A stretch of 64,000 nt of DNA from Verrucomicrobiia bacterium (lineage in GTDB: Bacteria > Verrucomicrobiota > Verrucomicrobiia > Limisphaerales > JADJPG01): positions 4,841 to 68,840 of the forward strand of contig DATLUX010000516.1 of the NCBI GenBank assembly GCA_035577805.1. Direction: 5' to 3'. This document shows positions 30,487-40,200 of the stretch, piece after piece; position 1 is the first letter of the stretch, and every line of letters begins with the position of its first letter. The position numbers and the translations under genes are program-made. Under the pieces are notes generated by a model that saw only the letters and a list, made by a program, of their open reading frames with translations, was not told the DNA's origin and did no database searches.

Positions 30487-31683
30487 ATGTCTGCGATCGA
30501 ACGCACCGTGACCGTCCAGTTCCAGCATCGGGTGCATTTCACCAAGAATGTATTCGGGCTGGGCAATCCGTTGCTCAAACAGGTTTTGACCGGGGGCCGG
30601 GCGGTCGTTCCCAAGGTGCTGGTGGTGGTGGATGAATCGTTGCATCAGGCCCAGCCCGCGTTGGCGCATCAAATCGAGACTTGGTTCCGCAACCACGCCT
30701 CGTCCGTGAAGCTGGTGGCCCCGCCGCTGATTCTGGAAGGCGGCGAACGGGTGAAGAACTCCTACTTTCACGTTTCGGAGATTCAATCCCAGATCGACCG
30801 GTATCATATCGATCGCCATTCTTACGTGATCGCGATCGGAGGCGGGGCGCTGCTGGACCTGGTCGGACTGGCGGCGGCCACGGCGCATCGGGGCGTGCGG
30901 CATGTGCGCATCCCCACCACGACTCTTAGCCAGGACGATTCCGGGGTGGGGGTGAAGAATGGCATGAACGCGTTTGGGAAAAAGAATTTCATCGGCACCT
31001 TTGCCGTGCCGTGGGCGGTGGTCAATGACCACGAACTGCTGGCCTCCCTGTCGCCTAGAGACAAACGGGCCGGTTACATCGAAGCCGTCAAGGTCGCCTG
31101 CATTCGGGACCTGGCGTTTTTTGAAGAGATCGAACAAGCGGCGGTGAAGTTGCGCGAATTTGATCCCGACGCAATGCAGCGCCTGATCTATCGATGCGCG
31201 GAATTGCATGTCAATCACATCGCCACGTCCGGTGACCCGTTCGAGATGGGCTCGGCGCGTCCGCTGGATTTCGGGCATTGGGTGGCCCACAAACTCGAAC
31301 AGATCTCCGAATACAAGATTCGTCATGGCGAGGCGGTGGCGGTGGGCATCGCCGTGGATGTGATTTATTCGCGGCGGATGGGTTTTCTGGAAGCCCCGGC
31401 GGCTGAACGGATCCTCCGGTTAATCGAGGATTTGGGCTTCGAAATCTACGCCAACGAACTGCAGCATGTGGATTCCGCCGGATCGTTGGTCGTGCTGCAA
31501 GGGCTCGAGGAGTTTCGTGAACATCTGGGCGGAGAATTGACGATCACCTTGTTGCGCGGCATTGGGGACGGGTTCGAAGTGCACGAAATGCATGCCTCCA
31601 CCGTCGCGGCGTCCATCCACGAGTTGGAAGAGCGCGCCCAACGACGCGTGCAGGCTCGAGTGGTCGCCATGTTCAAACGCTGA
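30487..31683 (+). CDS. 3-dehydroquinate-synthase-like sugar phosphate cyclase (EboD-like)
   Basis: DHQS-superfamily core GGGALLDLVGLAAATAHRGVRHVRIPTTTLSQDDSGVGVKNGMNAFGKKNFIG, plus metal-binding His region (HGEAVAVG). 398 aa. Confidence 0.8.
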   Translation: MSAIERTVTVQFQHRVHFTKNVFGLGNPLLKQVLTGGRAVVPKVLVVVDESLHQAQPALAHQIETWFRNHASSVKLVAPPLILEGGERVKNSYFHVSEIQSQIDRYHIDRHSYVIAIGGGALLDLVGLAAATAHRGVRHVRIPTTTLSQDDSGVGVKNGMNAFGKKNFIGTFAVPWAVVNDHELLASLSPRDKRAGYIEAVKVACIRDLAFFEEIEQAAVKLREFDPDAMQRLIYRCAELHVNHIATSGDPFEMGSARPLDFGHWVAHKLEQISEYKIRHGEAVAVGIAVDVIYSRRMGFLEAPAAERILRLIEDLGFEIYANELQHVDSAGSLVVLQGLEEFREHLGGELTITLLRGIGDGFEVHEMHASTVAASIHELEERAQRRVQARVVAMFKR

Positions 31684-31695
31684 CCGGCCCTGGCC

Positions 31696-33099
31696 ATGCC
31701 TCTGCGACGCACGGCGGTCATCAACGTCGTCGGCCTCACCGAATCTCTTTTGGGCCCGGCCACACCCCGGCTCACCGCGTTTCGGAAAAAAGGGCGTGCG
31801 GCCTTGATCCGTCCTGCCCTGCCGGCGGTCACTTGCACCGCCCAATCGAATTATCTCACCGGCACTCCCCCGTCCCAGCATGGGGCCATCGCCAATGGCT
31901 GGTACGATCGGGAATTGGCCGAAATCCAATTCTGGAAACAATCCAACCACCTGGTCCAGGGCCGCAAAGTCTGGGAGAAGCTTCGGGAACGCCAGCCGGG
32001 ACTGACCTGCGCCAAACTTTTCTGGTGGTACAACATGTATTCGAGCGCGGACTGGTCGATCACACCCCGGCCGATCTATCCGGCCGATGGCCGCAAGGTC
32101 TTTGACATCTACACGGGGCCCCTCTCGCTGCGGCCTGAGATCAAGCAAGCCCTCGGCGACTTTCCGTTTCCGGCTTTTTGGGGGCCGGCGGCTGGAATCA
32201 ACACGCCGCAAGGCCGGCCGGAGGCGGCATCCCGTTGGATTGCTGACGCCGCGAAATGGGTGGAGGAACGGCATCAGCCCGGACTTAGCCTTATTTATCT
32301 GCCGCATCTGGACTATAACCTCCAGCGACTTGGGCCAGCTCATCCGCGGATCGCGCAGGATCTCTGCGCGATCGATGCGATCGTGGGCGATGTGCTGGAT
32401 TTTTTCCGGGCTCGTGATGTGGCAGTGCTGTTGTTGTCCGAGTATGGCATCACGCCCGTCGACACGCCCGTGCATCTCAACCGGGTGTTCCGGGCTCAAG
32501 GCTGGCTCACGGTCAAGGAAGAGCTGGGATTGGAATTGCTGGATGCCGGGGCCAGCCGGGTCTTTGCCGTGGCCGACCATCAAATCGCTCATATTTACTT
32601 GAACGATCCATCGCTCGAAACGCAGGTGCGTGACCTGGTCAGCCGCCAGCCGGGGGTGGCTCGGGTGCTGGCCGGCCCGGACAAGCCGCAGGCCGGCTTG
32701 GATCATCGGCGTTCGGGCGACCTGATTGCGTTAAGCCAGGAGAACGCGTGGTTCACTTATTATTACTGGGACGATGATCGGTGGGCACCTGACTTCGCGC
32801 GTTGCGTCGATATCCATCGCAAACCCGGCTACGACCCGGTTGAACTGTTTTTGGATCCGTCGCTGGCCTTTCTCAAATTCAGAATTGCCTGGCGGCTGCT
32901 GCGCAAGCGCCTCGGATTTCGCATGCTGATGGATGTCATTCCGCTCGATGCCACCTTGGTGAAGGGTTCGCACGGCGCTTGTCCGGCCAACCCGCGCGAT
33001 TATCCGATCCTGATCAGCGAACGGCCAGACCTGTTCTCCGGCGAACGATTGGAATCCACCGAAGTCTGCCAGGTGATCGAACGGGCCGTCCTCGACTGA
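31696..33099 (+). CDS. Alkaline-phosphatase-superfamily nucleotide pyrophosphatase/phosphodiesterase-like protein (EboF-like)
   Basis: 467 aa. Nucleophile region LPAVTCTAQSNYLTGTPPSQHGAIANGWY and metal-ligand region ..SEYGI... Starts 13 nt after the cyclase stop. Confidence 0.75.
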   Translation: MPLRRTAVINVVGLTESLLGPATPRLTAFRKKGRAALIRPALPAVTCTAQSNYLTGTPPSQHGAIANGWYDRELAEIQFWKQSNHLVQGRKVWEKLRERQPGLTCAKLFWWYNMYSSADWSITPRPIYPADGRKVFDIYTGPLSLRPEIKQALGDFPFPAFWGPAAGINTPQGRPEAASRWIADAAKWVEERHQPGLSLIYLPHLDYNLQRLGPAHPRIAQDLCAIDAIVGDVLDFFRARDVAVLLLSEYGITPVDTPVHLNRVFRAQGWLTVKEELGLELLDAGASRVFAVADHQIAHIYLNDPSLETQVRDLVSRQPGVARVLAGPDKPQAGLDHRRSGDLIALSQENAWFTYYYWDDDRWAPDFARCVDIHRKPGYDPVELFLDPSLAFLKFRIAWRLLRKRLGFRMLMDVIPLDATLVKGSHGACPANPRDYPILISERPDLFSGERLESTEVCQVIERAVLD

Positions 33100-33110
33100 A
33101 CCCGCCTTGG

Positions 33111-33399
33111 GGGGCAGAAAGATGGGGGCAGAAAAATGGCCTGGCAGCTGGACGCCACAAAATTAATAAGGCCCGTGCCGACAGTGCGTCCTGCGTGTCA
33201 TTTTTCTGCCAGTTATTTTTCTGCCCACAGTTCCTGCCCGGTCTGATCACTAGCGGCGGAACCAGGGGCAGAAAGATGGGGGCAGAAAGATGGCCTGGCA
33301 GCTGGACGCCACAAAATTAATAAGGCGCGTGCCCGACAGGTGCGTCCCTGCGTGGCGTCATTTTTCTGCCAGTTATTTTCCTGCCCACAGTTCCTGCCT
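33111..33399. repeat. Two tandem copies of a ~130-bp MITE-like element (family E, GGCAGAAA-rich termini)
   Basis: Unit 1 (33111-33239) and unit 2 (33265-33399) are near-identical, with a 154-nt period and a few indels. Each unit is bounded by inverted repeats ggggcagaaagatgggggcagaaaaatg / catttttctgccagttatttttctgccc. Confidence 0.9.
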
Positions 33400-33515
33400 G
33401 GTTGGCTGCTTTTCGGTTGAATCAGCTTGGGTGGCCACCCAAGCTTGGCGGGGTGAGCGGACAAGTCGGTGCGCACAACGGGGCGACCCGTGTCAGTGAC
33501 CTGGTGAAACGGATC

Positions 33516-34877
33516 ATGGGTTCAGCCGTGATTTGGTCCTGGGGCATGAATGCGATCCGATTGGGGTTCGGGTTGCTGGTATTGCCGCTCTTGGTTCTGT
33601 TGCTGCCGACTAAACAAGACCTGGGCTTCTATCAATTGCTGACCAACCTGGTGGTGGTCGTGCCGTTGCTGGATGTGGGGTTGTCGTTTGGGATCGAGCG
33701 GGGCCTGAGCTTTGCGATGGGGGGCGCGGCTGAACTCAAGCCGCATGGCGTTCATCTCGCGGTTGGGGGCGGACGCCCCAACGAGGCGCTTTTGTGGCGG
33801 ATTGTCCATGCGGCCAAGATGTATTACTCGGCGCTGGCCGCGGTGGGGTTTGTTGGGCTTGGGGCAGTCGGCTCGTGGCTGGTGGTGCGGAATGCGGATC
33901 AAACATCCAATCCCACCTTATGCTGGGTCAGCCTGGGCATCGCCGTGGCCAATGCCGGATTCGAGATCTACGCGGGCTGGTGGGCTGCGGTTCTGCGCGG
34001 AGTTAATGGGGTGCCGGCCAGCGCGCGCATCGGTTTTTTTGCCCATGGCCTCAAGCTGGTGCTTTCCTGCGTGCTGTTGTTGGCCGGAGCGGGGTTGGCG
34101 AGCGTCTTTGCGGCCGGATTCGTGTCGAGTTTCGTGCTGCGTTTCTTGTCGCGGCGAGCCGCGCTGAGGTTGCTTCCCCCTCCGCCGGAACGGAAGGCGA
34201 GTTGGCAGGAGATCGTGGGTGTGTTGCGAGTGCTTTGGCCGAACAGCTGGCGGGTGGGGTTGCAAGTGTTGAGCAGCTTTCTCACGACGCTGCTTTTGTC
34301 GGTGTTATGTACCGAGTTCCTGGATCTGGCCGATTACCAGGCTTATGGGTTGTCGATCCAGGTGGCCAACATCATTCAAGGGATTTCGGCCGTCTGGGTG
34401 ACCGTCAAATGGCCCTTGGTGGGACAATTGCGTGCCCGCCACGATCACGATGCGTTGCGGCGCCTGCTTCGTCCCCGGTTTTGGCTGCAGGCGGTCACTT
34501 TCGTGGTCGTCGCGGTGGTGGCAGGGACGCTCGGTCCTTATTTGTTGAGCCTGCTCCGCACCGATAAACAGCTGCTCCCGCACCCGTGGCTGACGCTCAT
34601 TCTCATCCAGGGGTTTATTGATCTGCAGGTCAGCTTCTGGACTTTCCTGTTGGCGACGGAAAACCGCGTGCCTTCCCTCTGGCCCATGGTCTGCACCTAC
34701 GCGGTGACCCTGCTCCTGACGATCATCTTGAGCGGAGCGACCACGCTCGGGGTGGGGGTATTTGCCCTAGCACCCTTTCTGGCCAGCGTGGCTTTCAACT
34801 TTTGGTACTGGCCTGTGGCCGGCGCGCGGAACCTTCGCACCAGTTGGTGGCGGTTTATCTTCGCGCGCGTCGCTTGA
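33516..34877 (+). CDS. Polytopic membrane protein, oligosaccharide flippase (MOP/Wzx)-like
   Basis: About 453 aa and highly hydrophobic, with roughly 12 or more predicted TM segments and a flippase-like N-terminus (..AIRLGFGLLVLPLLVLLLPTKQDLGFYQL..). The assignment rests on architecture only. The ORF opens at 33402 inside the repeat; ATG 33516 was chosen. Confidence 0.5.
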   Translation: MGSAVIWSWGMNAIRLGFGLLVLPLLVLLLPTKQDLGFYQLLTNLVVVVPLLDVGLSFGIERGLSFAMGGAAELKPHGVHLAVGGGRPNEALLWRIVHAAKMYYSALAAVGFVGLGAVGSWLVVRNADQTSNPTLCWVSLGIAVANAGFEIYAGWWAAVLRGVNGVPASARIGFFAHGLKLVLSCVLLLAGAGLASVFAAGFVSSFVLRFLSRRAALRLLPPPPERKASWQEIVGVLRVLWPNSWRVGLQVLSSFLTTLLLSVLCTEFLDLADYQAYGLSIQVANIIQGISAVWVTVKWPLVGQLRARHDHDALRRLLRPRFWLQAVTFVVVAVVAGTLGPYLLSLLRTDKQLLPHPWLTLILIQGFIDLQVSFWTFLLATENRVPSLWPMVCTYAVTLLLTIILSGATTLGVGVFALAPFLASVAFNFWYWPVAGARNLRTSWWRFIFARVA

Positions 34878-34911
34878 CGCCATTGCACCAAACCCCTGAG
34901 ACTCTGCCGCC

Positions 34912-35970
34912 ATGCACGTGCTCGTCACTGGCGGCGCCGGATTTATCGGCTCGAATTTAATCCGGCAGGTTCTGTCGCGTGCCGCCATCCAACGGCTGGT
35001 GAATCTCGACTGTCTTACCTACGCGGGCAATCTCGTGAATCTGGAGGCGGCGGTGGACCATCCCAACTACGTGTTTGAAAAGGTCGACTTGCGCGACCGG
35101 GCCGAGGTCCAACGCGTGGTCGTCGAGCATGACATCACGCATGTCCTGCACCTGGCCGCCGAATCGCATGTGGACCGTTCCATCGCCGCCCCGGGCGATT
35201 TCGTGCAGACGAATGTGCTGGGCACCTTCCATCTGCTGGAGGCATGCCGCGGCCATTGGCTGGCCTCGGCACACGCGTCCTCGAAACCTCGGCTTGACCC
35301 TCGGTTTGTTCACGTTTCCACGGACGAAGTTTATGGAAGTCTCCTTGACGGATCGCCGTTCACCGAATCGTCGCCGTACGCCCCCAATTCGCCTTACTCC
35401 GCCAGCAAAGCCGGCGCGGATATGCTCGTGCGCGCGTATGGGCGCACCTACGGACTGCCCGTCATCATCACCAATTGCTCCAATAATTACGGCCCTTACC
35501 AGTATCCTGAGAAACTCATCCCCGTGGTGATCCAGCGCGTGATGGCGCGCCAACCAATCCCTATTTATGGCGATGGTCTGCAGGTGCGCGACTGGATCCA
35601 TGTGTTGGACCACGCCCAGGCCTTGTGGTGTGTGCTGGAACGCGGGCGGAAGGGCGAGACCTACAATATCGGCGGACGCAACGAATGGCCCAATCTCCGG
35701 CTGGTCGAGACGCTCTGCGATTTGCTGGACGAGCTTGCCCCAGCCCGCTTTCGGGATTCGCGCAAGCTAATGACTTGCGTGGCGGATCGGCCCGGGCATG
35801 ATCGCCGTTACGCGCTGGACATCTCGAAGATCGAGCGTGAAGTCGGATGGTCCCCGGCCGTGGACTTTGCCGAAGGCTTGCGTGAAACCGTCCGGTGGTA
35901 TCTGGGTCACGAGGATTGGCTGGCCCAGGCTGCGCGCGCCAGCACCCGCGGCCAGCGTGTGGAGAGCTGA
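34912..35970 (+). CDS. rfbB: dTDP-glucose 4,6-dehydratase
   Basis: TGGAGFIGSN Rossmann motif, catalytic YSASKAGAD (YxxxK), and the conserved NCSNNYGPYQYPEKLIP and GDGLQVRDWIHV motifs. Confidence 0.9.
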   Translation: MHVLVTGGAGFIGSNLIRQVLSRAAIQRLVNLDCLTYAGNLVNLEAAVDHPNYVFEKVDLRDRAEVQRVVVEHDITHVLHLAAESHVDRSIAAPGDFVQTNVLGTFHLLEACRGHWLASAHASSKPRLDPRFVHVSTDEVYGSLLDGSPFTESSPYAPNSPYSASKAGADMLVRAYGRTYGLPVIITNCSNNYGPYQYPEKLIPVVIQRVMARQPIPIYGDGLQVRDWIHVLDHAQALWCVLERGRKGETYNIGGRNEWPNLRLVETLCDLLDELAPARFRDSRKLMTCVADRPGHDRRYALDISKIEREVGWSPAVDFAEGLRETVRWYLGHEDWLAQAARASTRGQRVES

Positions 35971-35979
35971 GCGCTATTT

Positions 35980-37128
35980 CTAACGAGGAGATTCCTGCAA
36001 CGCGCGCAGATATTCGCGATCCCAGGCGGCGGGGATGCTCTCGCGCGGGGAATAGGGCCCGGGCTGATAGGCGCGGGAAGCAATGCCTTGTTGGCTTAAC
36101 TCGCAGACACGCCAATCCTGTCGGTTGGTCATGTCCCAGAAAATGATGGCGTCATCCGGGCGGAAATCGTGCTGGCCGAAAGCCTCGGGATGAAACAGCC
36201 AATCGCAAACAATTCTCACGCGATCGGGAGCCTGCGGCCAGAGCTGATGGACCATGACATAATCCGGGTGCAGGCTGAGCAGCAGATTGGGGAAAATGGA
36301 GTAGTAGAAGATGCGATGTGGATCGGCATCGGTCTGGGCCTCCGGCCTCTCCCCGACCGGCCTGGCACAGGCCTGTCCGCTCATCGTCAAGCTGCGGCCT
36401 TTGCGGATCGGCATGGGCCCGCCCAGGAACGGCCCTTCAAAAAGATCGTTCTCGGCGGCGTCGGAAGGGCTTAACTTGGCCAGGGTGGGGTGGACCAGCG
36501 GGCAATGATAACACTCGGAATAATTCTGGCAGACCAGCTTCCAATTCGCGCGCACGTCGTATTCAATCCGCCGGGCGGAACGAAGTCTGGGCAGGTTCCA
36601 TTCCGTGAACTTGCCAGCCAAGGGCTCGAATGACTTCTGCAACGGCGTGGCTTGGTCAGACAGGTTTACGAAGAGGAGCCCTTCCCATATTCCCAGCGCT
36701 ACTGGGACCAGCGAATGCGCCGCCTTGTCGAATTCCGCAACCTCATCCATGTGCGGTGCGCCGGCCAAACGGCCGTCGAGCTGATAGGTCCAGGCGTGAT
36801 ACGGGCATTGAACCGTTTGGAAATGGCCGCGGGTCTGCTCGCACATCCGGGTGCCGCGGTGGCGGCAGACATTATAAAAAGCCCGCACCTCGTGGTGCTG
36901 ATCGCGCAGCACGATCAGGCTTTCGCCCGCCACGTCTTGCAGGAAATAATCCCCGGCATTGGGGAGCTGACTCTGATGGCCGACGCAGAGCCAGCGCCTG
37001 GAGAAGATCCGTTCCTGTTCCTGGGCAAATACCGACGGGGCCACGAAGTAGGGTTGCGCCAATGTCTTCGCGCCCGCGCGGAAGGTGTCCGCGGTTTTAC
37101 GAAAGTCCGGCTTCGAACTCGGGCGCAT
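35980..37128 (-). CDS. Rieske [2Fe-2S] non-heme-iron oxygenase, alpha subunit type
   Basis: Rieske motif CRHRGTRMC-x16-CPYHAW. Mononuclear iron motif region NYSECYHCPLVHP. 382 aa. No reductase or ferredoxin partner is adjacent. Confidence 0.85.
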   Translation of the reverse strand: MRPSSKPDFRKTADTFRAGAKTLAQPYFVAPSVFAQEQERIFSRRWLCVGHQSQLPNAGDYFLQDVAGESLIVLRDQHHEVRAFYNVCRHRGTRMCEQTRGHFQTVQCPYHAWTYQLDGRLAGAPHMDEVAEFDKAAHSLVPVALGIWEGLLFVNLSDQATPLQKSFEPLAGKFTEWNLPRLRSARRIEYDVRANWKLVCQNYSECYHCPLVHPTLAKLSPSDAAENDLFEGPFLGGPMPIRKGRSLTMSGQACARPVGERPEAQTDADPHRIFYYSIFPNLLLSLHPDYVMVHQLWPQAPDRVRIVCDWLFHPEAFGQHDFRPDDAIIFWDMTNRQDWRVCELSQQGIASRAYQPGPYSPRESIPAAWDREYLRALQESPR

Positions 37129-37265
37129 GGTTCAATGACAACACCGAAGTCAACCGTAGTGCGCGCGCGGAAACAAAGAGAAAATCCACTTTGTTCCAAT
37201 CCCAATCGGAGTATGCTTGCTCCGGTCCGCGGCGTTCATCGAACGCATGGACTGAAGTGTTCCGC

Positions 37266-40200
37266 ATGAAACGCATCACCCTCAGCCTGCTCCTGGGTTG
37301 GGTGCTGGCTCTGGGGGTGACGCCAGCGCGGGCGGCTGCCATCTCCTTGCCCGTCCCGATTTACCTCGAAAACTTCAATGCCGTGCCGGAAGGAAGTCTG
37401 CCGGCCGGCTGGACGCAGACCAATTATTCCACGCTCCCGGAGACTATTTTTGATCTGCAAGACCTGGCCTCCGCGTCGTATGCCGGGTGGGTGGTCGTTG
37501 ACCGCAGTCGTTTCACCTCGAACTTCCTGGCCTACTCGAGTCATACCCCGACCGATTATTCCCGGGTCCTCTCTTTCAACGCAGACAACGTTGTGAATGG
37601 GCAGGTGGTGACGAATCTGGCGGAGGGCCGCTTTCTCATGGCCAACTCGGGGTATCGCGAAGGCAGTCAGGTCCAATATTTATGGTCCGGTGATTTTGAT
37701 TTAACCGGCAAAACCAACATCCACCTGTCGTACCACAGCCTGTGGGAACAGAATCAGGATAACTTCGGCGCGGTCGAATACTCGGTGGACGGTGGCGCGA
37801 ACTGGCTGCCGATCGTTTACATGCTGGACACGCCCGACGTCATCACCAGCGGCGGTGTGGTTGATGCCATCCGGACTTTGACGAATCGTTATCCGGACGT
37901 CGCCACTTATGTGGATCCGGGTTCGGGAGCCGTGCAGGGAGGCTATTATGGCGCATTCATAGCCGCGCCCATCAGCCAGGCTTTAGCTCCCTTCATCAGC
38001 GCGCGCATCAATGACGACCCAGTTGAATCCAAACGAGTCGAGCTCTTTCGTTTGCCCGCCGCGGATAATCAGGCCACCGTCCGTTTCCGGTTTGCCCATG
38101 CCGGCACCGATAGCTGGTACTTCGGCATCGACGATTTCGGACTCTACAGCATTACGCCCACGGCGCCCGTCATCAGCGCCGCGCCGAAAAGCGTGAATGT
38201 CAGCGCAGGCGCATTCGCCACGTTCGAGGTGGCCGCCAGCGGTGAGCCACCATTGACCTTTCAGTGGCGGTTGAACGGAACGAACATTCCCGGAGCCACT
38301 AATGCGACACTGCCGGTGACCGCAGCTGCCGGCCCCAGCGCGGGCGCCTATACCGTGGTGGTCAGCAACGGTGCGGGCGCTGTTGAAAGTCCCGGCGCAA
38401 TTTTGACCGTGTATGTGCCAGCGGTCACAGGGCAATGGGATTTTGACGCCGGCGACCTGCGCGCCACGGCTGGTTCTGACGTCGAATCTCGCGATGGCAC
38501 GTTGCGTCCGGCGGCGTTTACCGAGCTGACCCTTGGCGGTCAACCGGCGCAGGTGCTGCATTTCGGCAGCAACGTGGTCGATCACGGCCTGCTCATGCGT
38601 CATGGAGCCCGTCCCAATGCCGGCGGGCGTTTGGTCAATCAATACACATTGCTCATGGATGTGATGTATCCGTCCGAGAGCAGCGGCCATTGGCGCGCCC
38701 TGTGGCAAACCGATCCGTTCAATCACTCCGGTAACGAAGCGGATTTTCTGGTGGGCGCCGCCGCCGCGTTGCCTGACCCGAATGGGATCGGCGCCAACCA
38801 TCAGTTCCACGCTTCGTTGGAGCCGAACCGTTGGTATCGAGTTGGCTTGGCCGTCGATCTGGCAGCTCCGCCCGCGCAACGGCTCACCACCTATCTCGAC
38901 GGCCTCAAGGTCGCCACCCAGGAACTTGAAGAAGGCGTGGACGGACGCTATGCGCTCGGCCCGACCGGGGTGCTGTTTGCTGGCGGCGACGGTTCCAGTC
39001 CAGCTGGCTTCGTCAACAGCATCCAATTCGTCAACGGTTGGTGGCCCGACACGGCCTTCGCGGCGTTGGGCGGACCGGTCGCAAGCGGTCTTCCGCCTGG
39101 CGACGCGGTGGTGCGCGTCTCCTCGCTGGAGCAGGCAACCGGCTCCCTCACCCTGCGCTGGTCTGGCGGCGGCGGACTGTTCCGGATCCAAAAGGCGAGC
39201 AGTCTGGCCTTGAGCGATTGGCAGGATGCCGGCATGCCGACCTCAAACCGGATCTTCACCGTGAGCCTGGATGGGGGCGGGGCTTTTTATCGTGTCAAAA
39301 GTGTGCCTCCTCCGTTGCGGGTTGGTCTGCAGCCTGGCGGAGAGAGCGCGTTGCCCACCGCGCAATTGATTCGAACCATCGGGGACTCGCTTCCGTTCAG
39401 CGGGCGTCCCGTGGATCTGGCAGCGGGACCGGGCGGGCAACGGCTCTACGTGAAAAGAAACGATGCGGTCGTGGTCATCGATGCCAAAGCTTGGAAGCTG
39501 GTTCAGCAGTTGGGATTCCCCGGCAGCGGCGCTTCGATGCACGGGATTACCGTCACCCGCGATGGAACTCGTCTTTATGTGACTGGAGCCGGCCAGGAAC
39601 TTTACGAGGCGACGATTGGCGCGACCAACGGCGCCTTGGTTTGGTCACGCACGGTAGGCATGCCTGGCAGTTCCTATCCGTGCGGCGTGGCTGTGTCGTC
39701 CGACCGAACCCGCGCTTACGTTTGTCTTTCGCGCCTCAACACCTTGGCGGTGGTGAATCTACCAACAGGCGCCGTGCTGCGCCAAATCAACGTGGGCATT
39801 GCGCCGTTTGATGTGGTGTTGTCTCCGGACGAAACCGTGGCTTACGTGTCGGACTGGGGCGGACGCCGTCCTGCGCCCGGCGAAACCACGGCTGATTCCG
39901 CCGGCACGCAGGTGGTGGTGGACGGGCGCGGGATCGGCGCCAGCGGCGCGGTATCAATCGTGGACCTAGTGCAGAATGTGCAGACCGCCTTGGTTCCAAC
40001 CGGATTGCATCCGGCCGATTTGGAGCTGAGTCCGGATGGCGGCACCCTCTACGTGGCAAACGCCAATTCCGACACGATCACGGTCATTGAGACCGCCACG
40101 GCGACGGTGCGCGAGACGATTTTGGTTCGGCCTGATGCCACGCTGCCCTTCGGCAGCGCCGCCAACGCCCTCGCGCTGACGACGGATGCCAAGACCTTGG

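Noticed and set aside
33111-33399. Possible CRISPR array or other regularly spaced repeat.
   Set aside because: Only two copies are present, the units are ~130 bp with a 25-nt spacer, each unit is internally palindromic with TIRs, and no cas genes are present. This is not CRISPR-like.
29311-35970. A contiguous polysaccharide/EPS biosynthesis island spanning the kinase, cyclase, phosphatase-family gene, flippase-like gene and rfbB.
   Set aside because: No glycosyltransferases, polymerase, chain-length regulator, Wza-type exporter or rfbACD genes are present. The genes are separated by repeat-filled gaps. Only the cyclase/phosphatase-family pair shows tight linkage, so the wider island is not supported.
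36630-37265. A 212-codon N-terminal extension of the giant ORF (36630..41819).
   Set aside because: The extension lies almost entirely antisense to the Rieske oxygenase gene and has Arg/Pro/Gly-rich junk composition. A canonical signal peptide begins at ATG 37266. Similar reasoning removed the upstream extensions at 4458-4583, 16906-17196, 17985-18353, 25175-25291, 57100-57318, 59694-59843 and 61823-62434.
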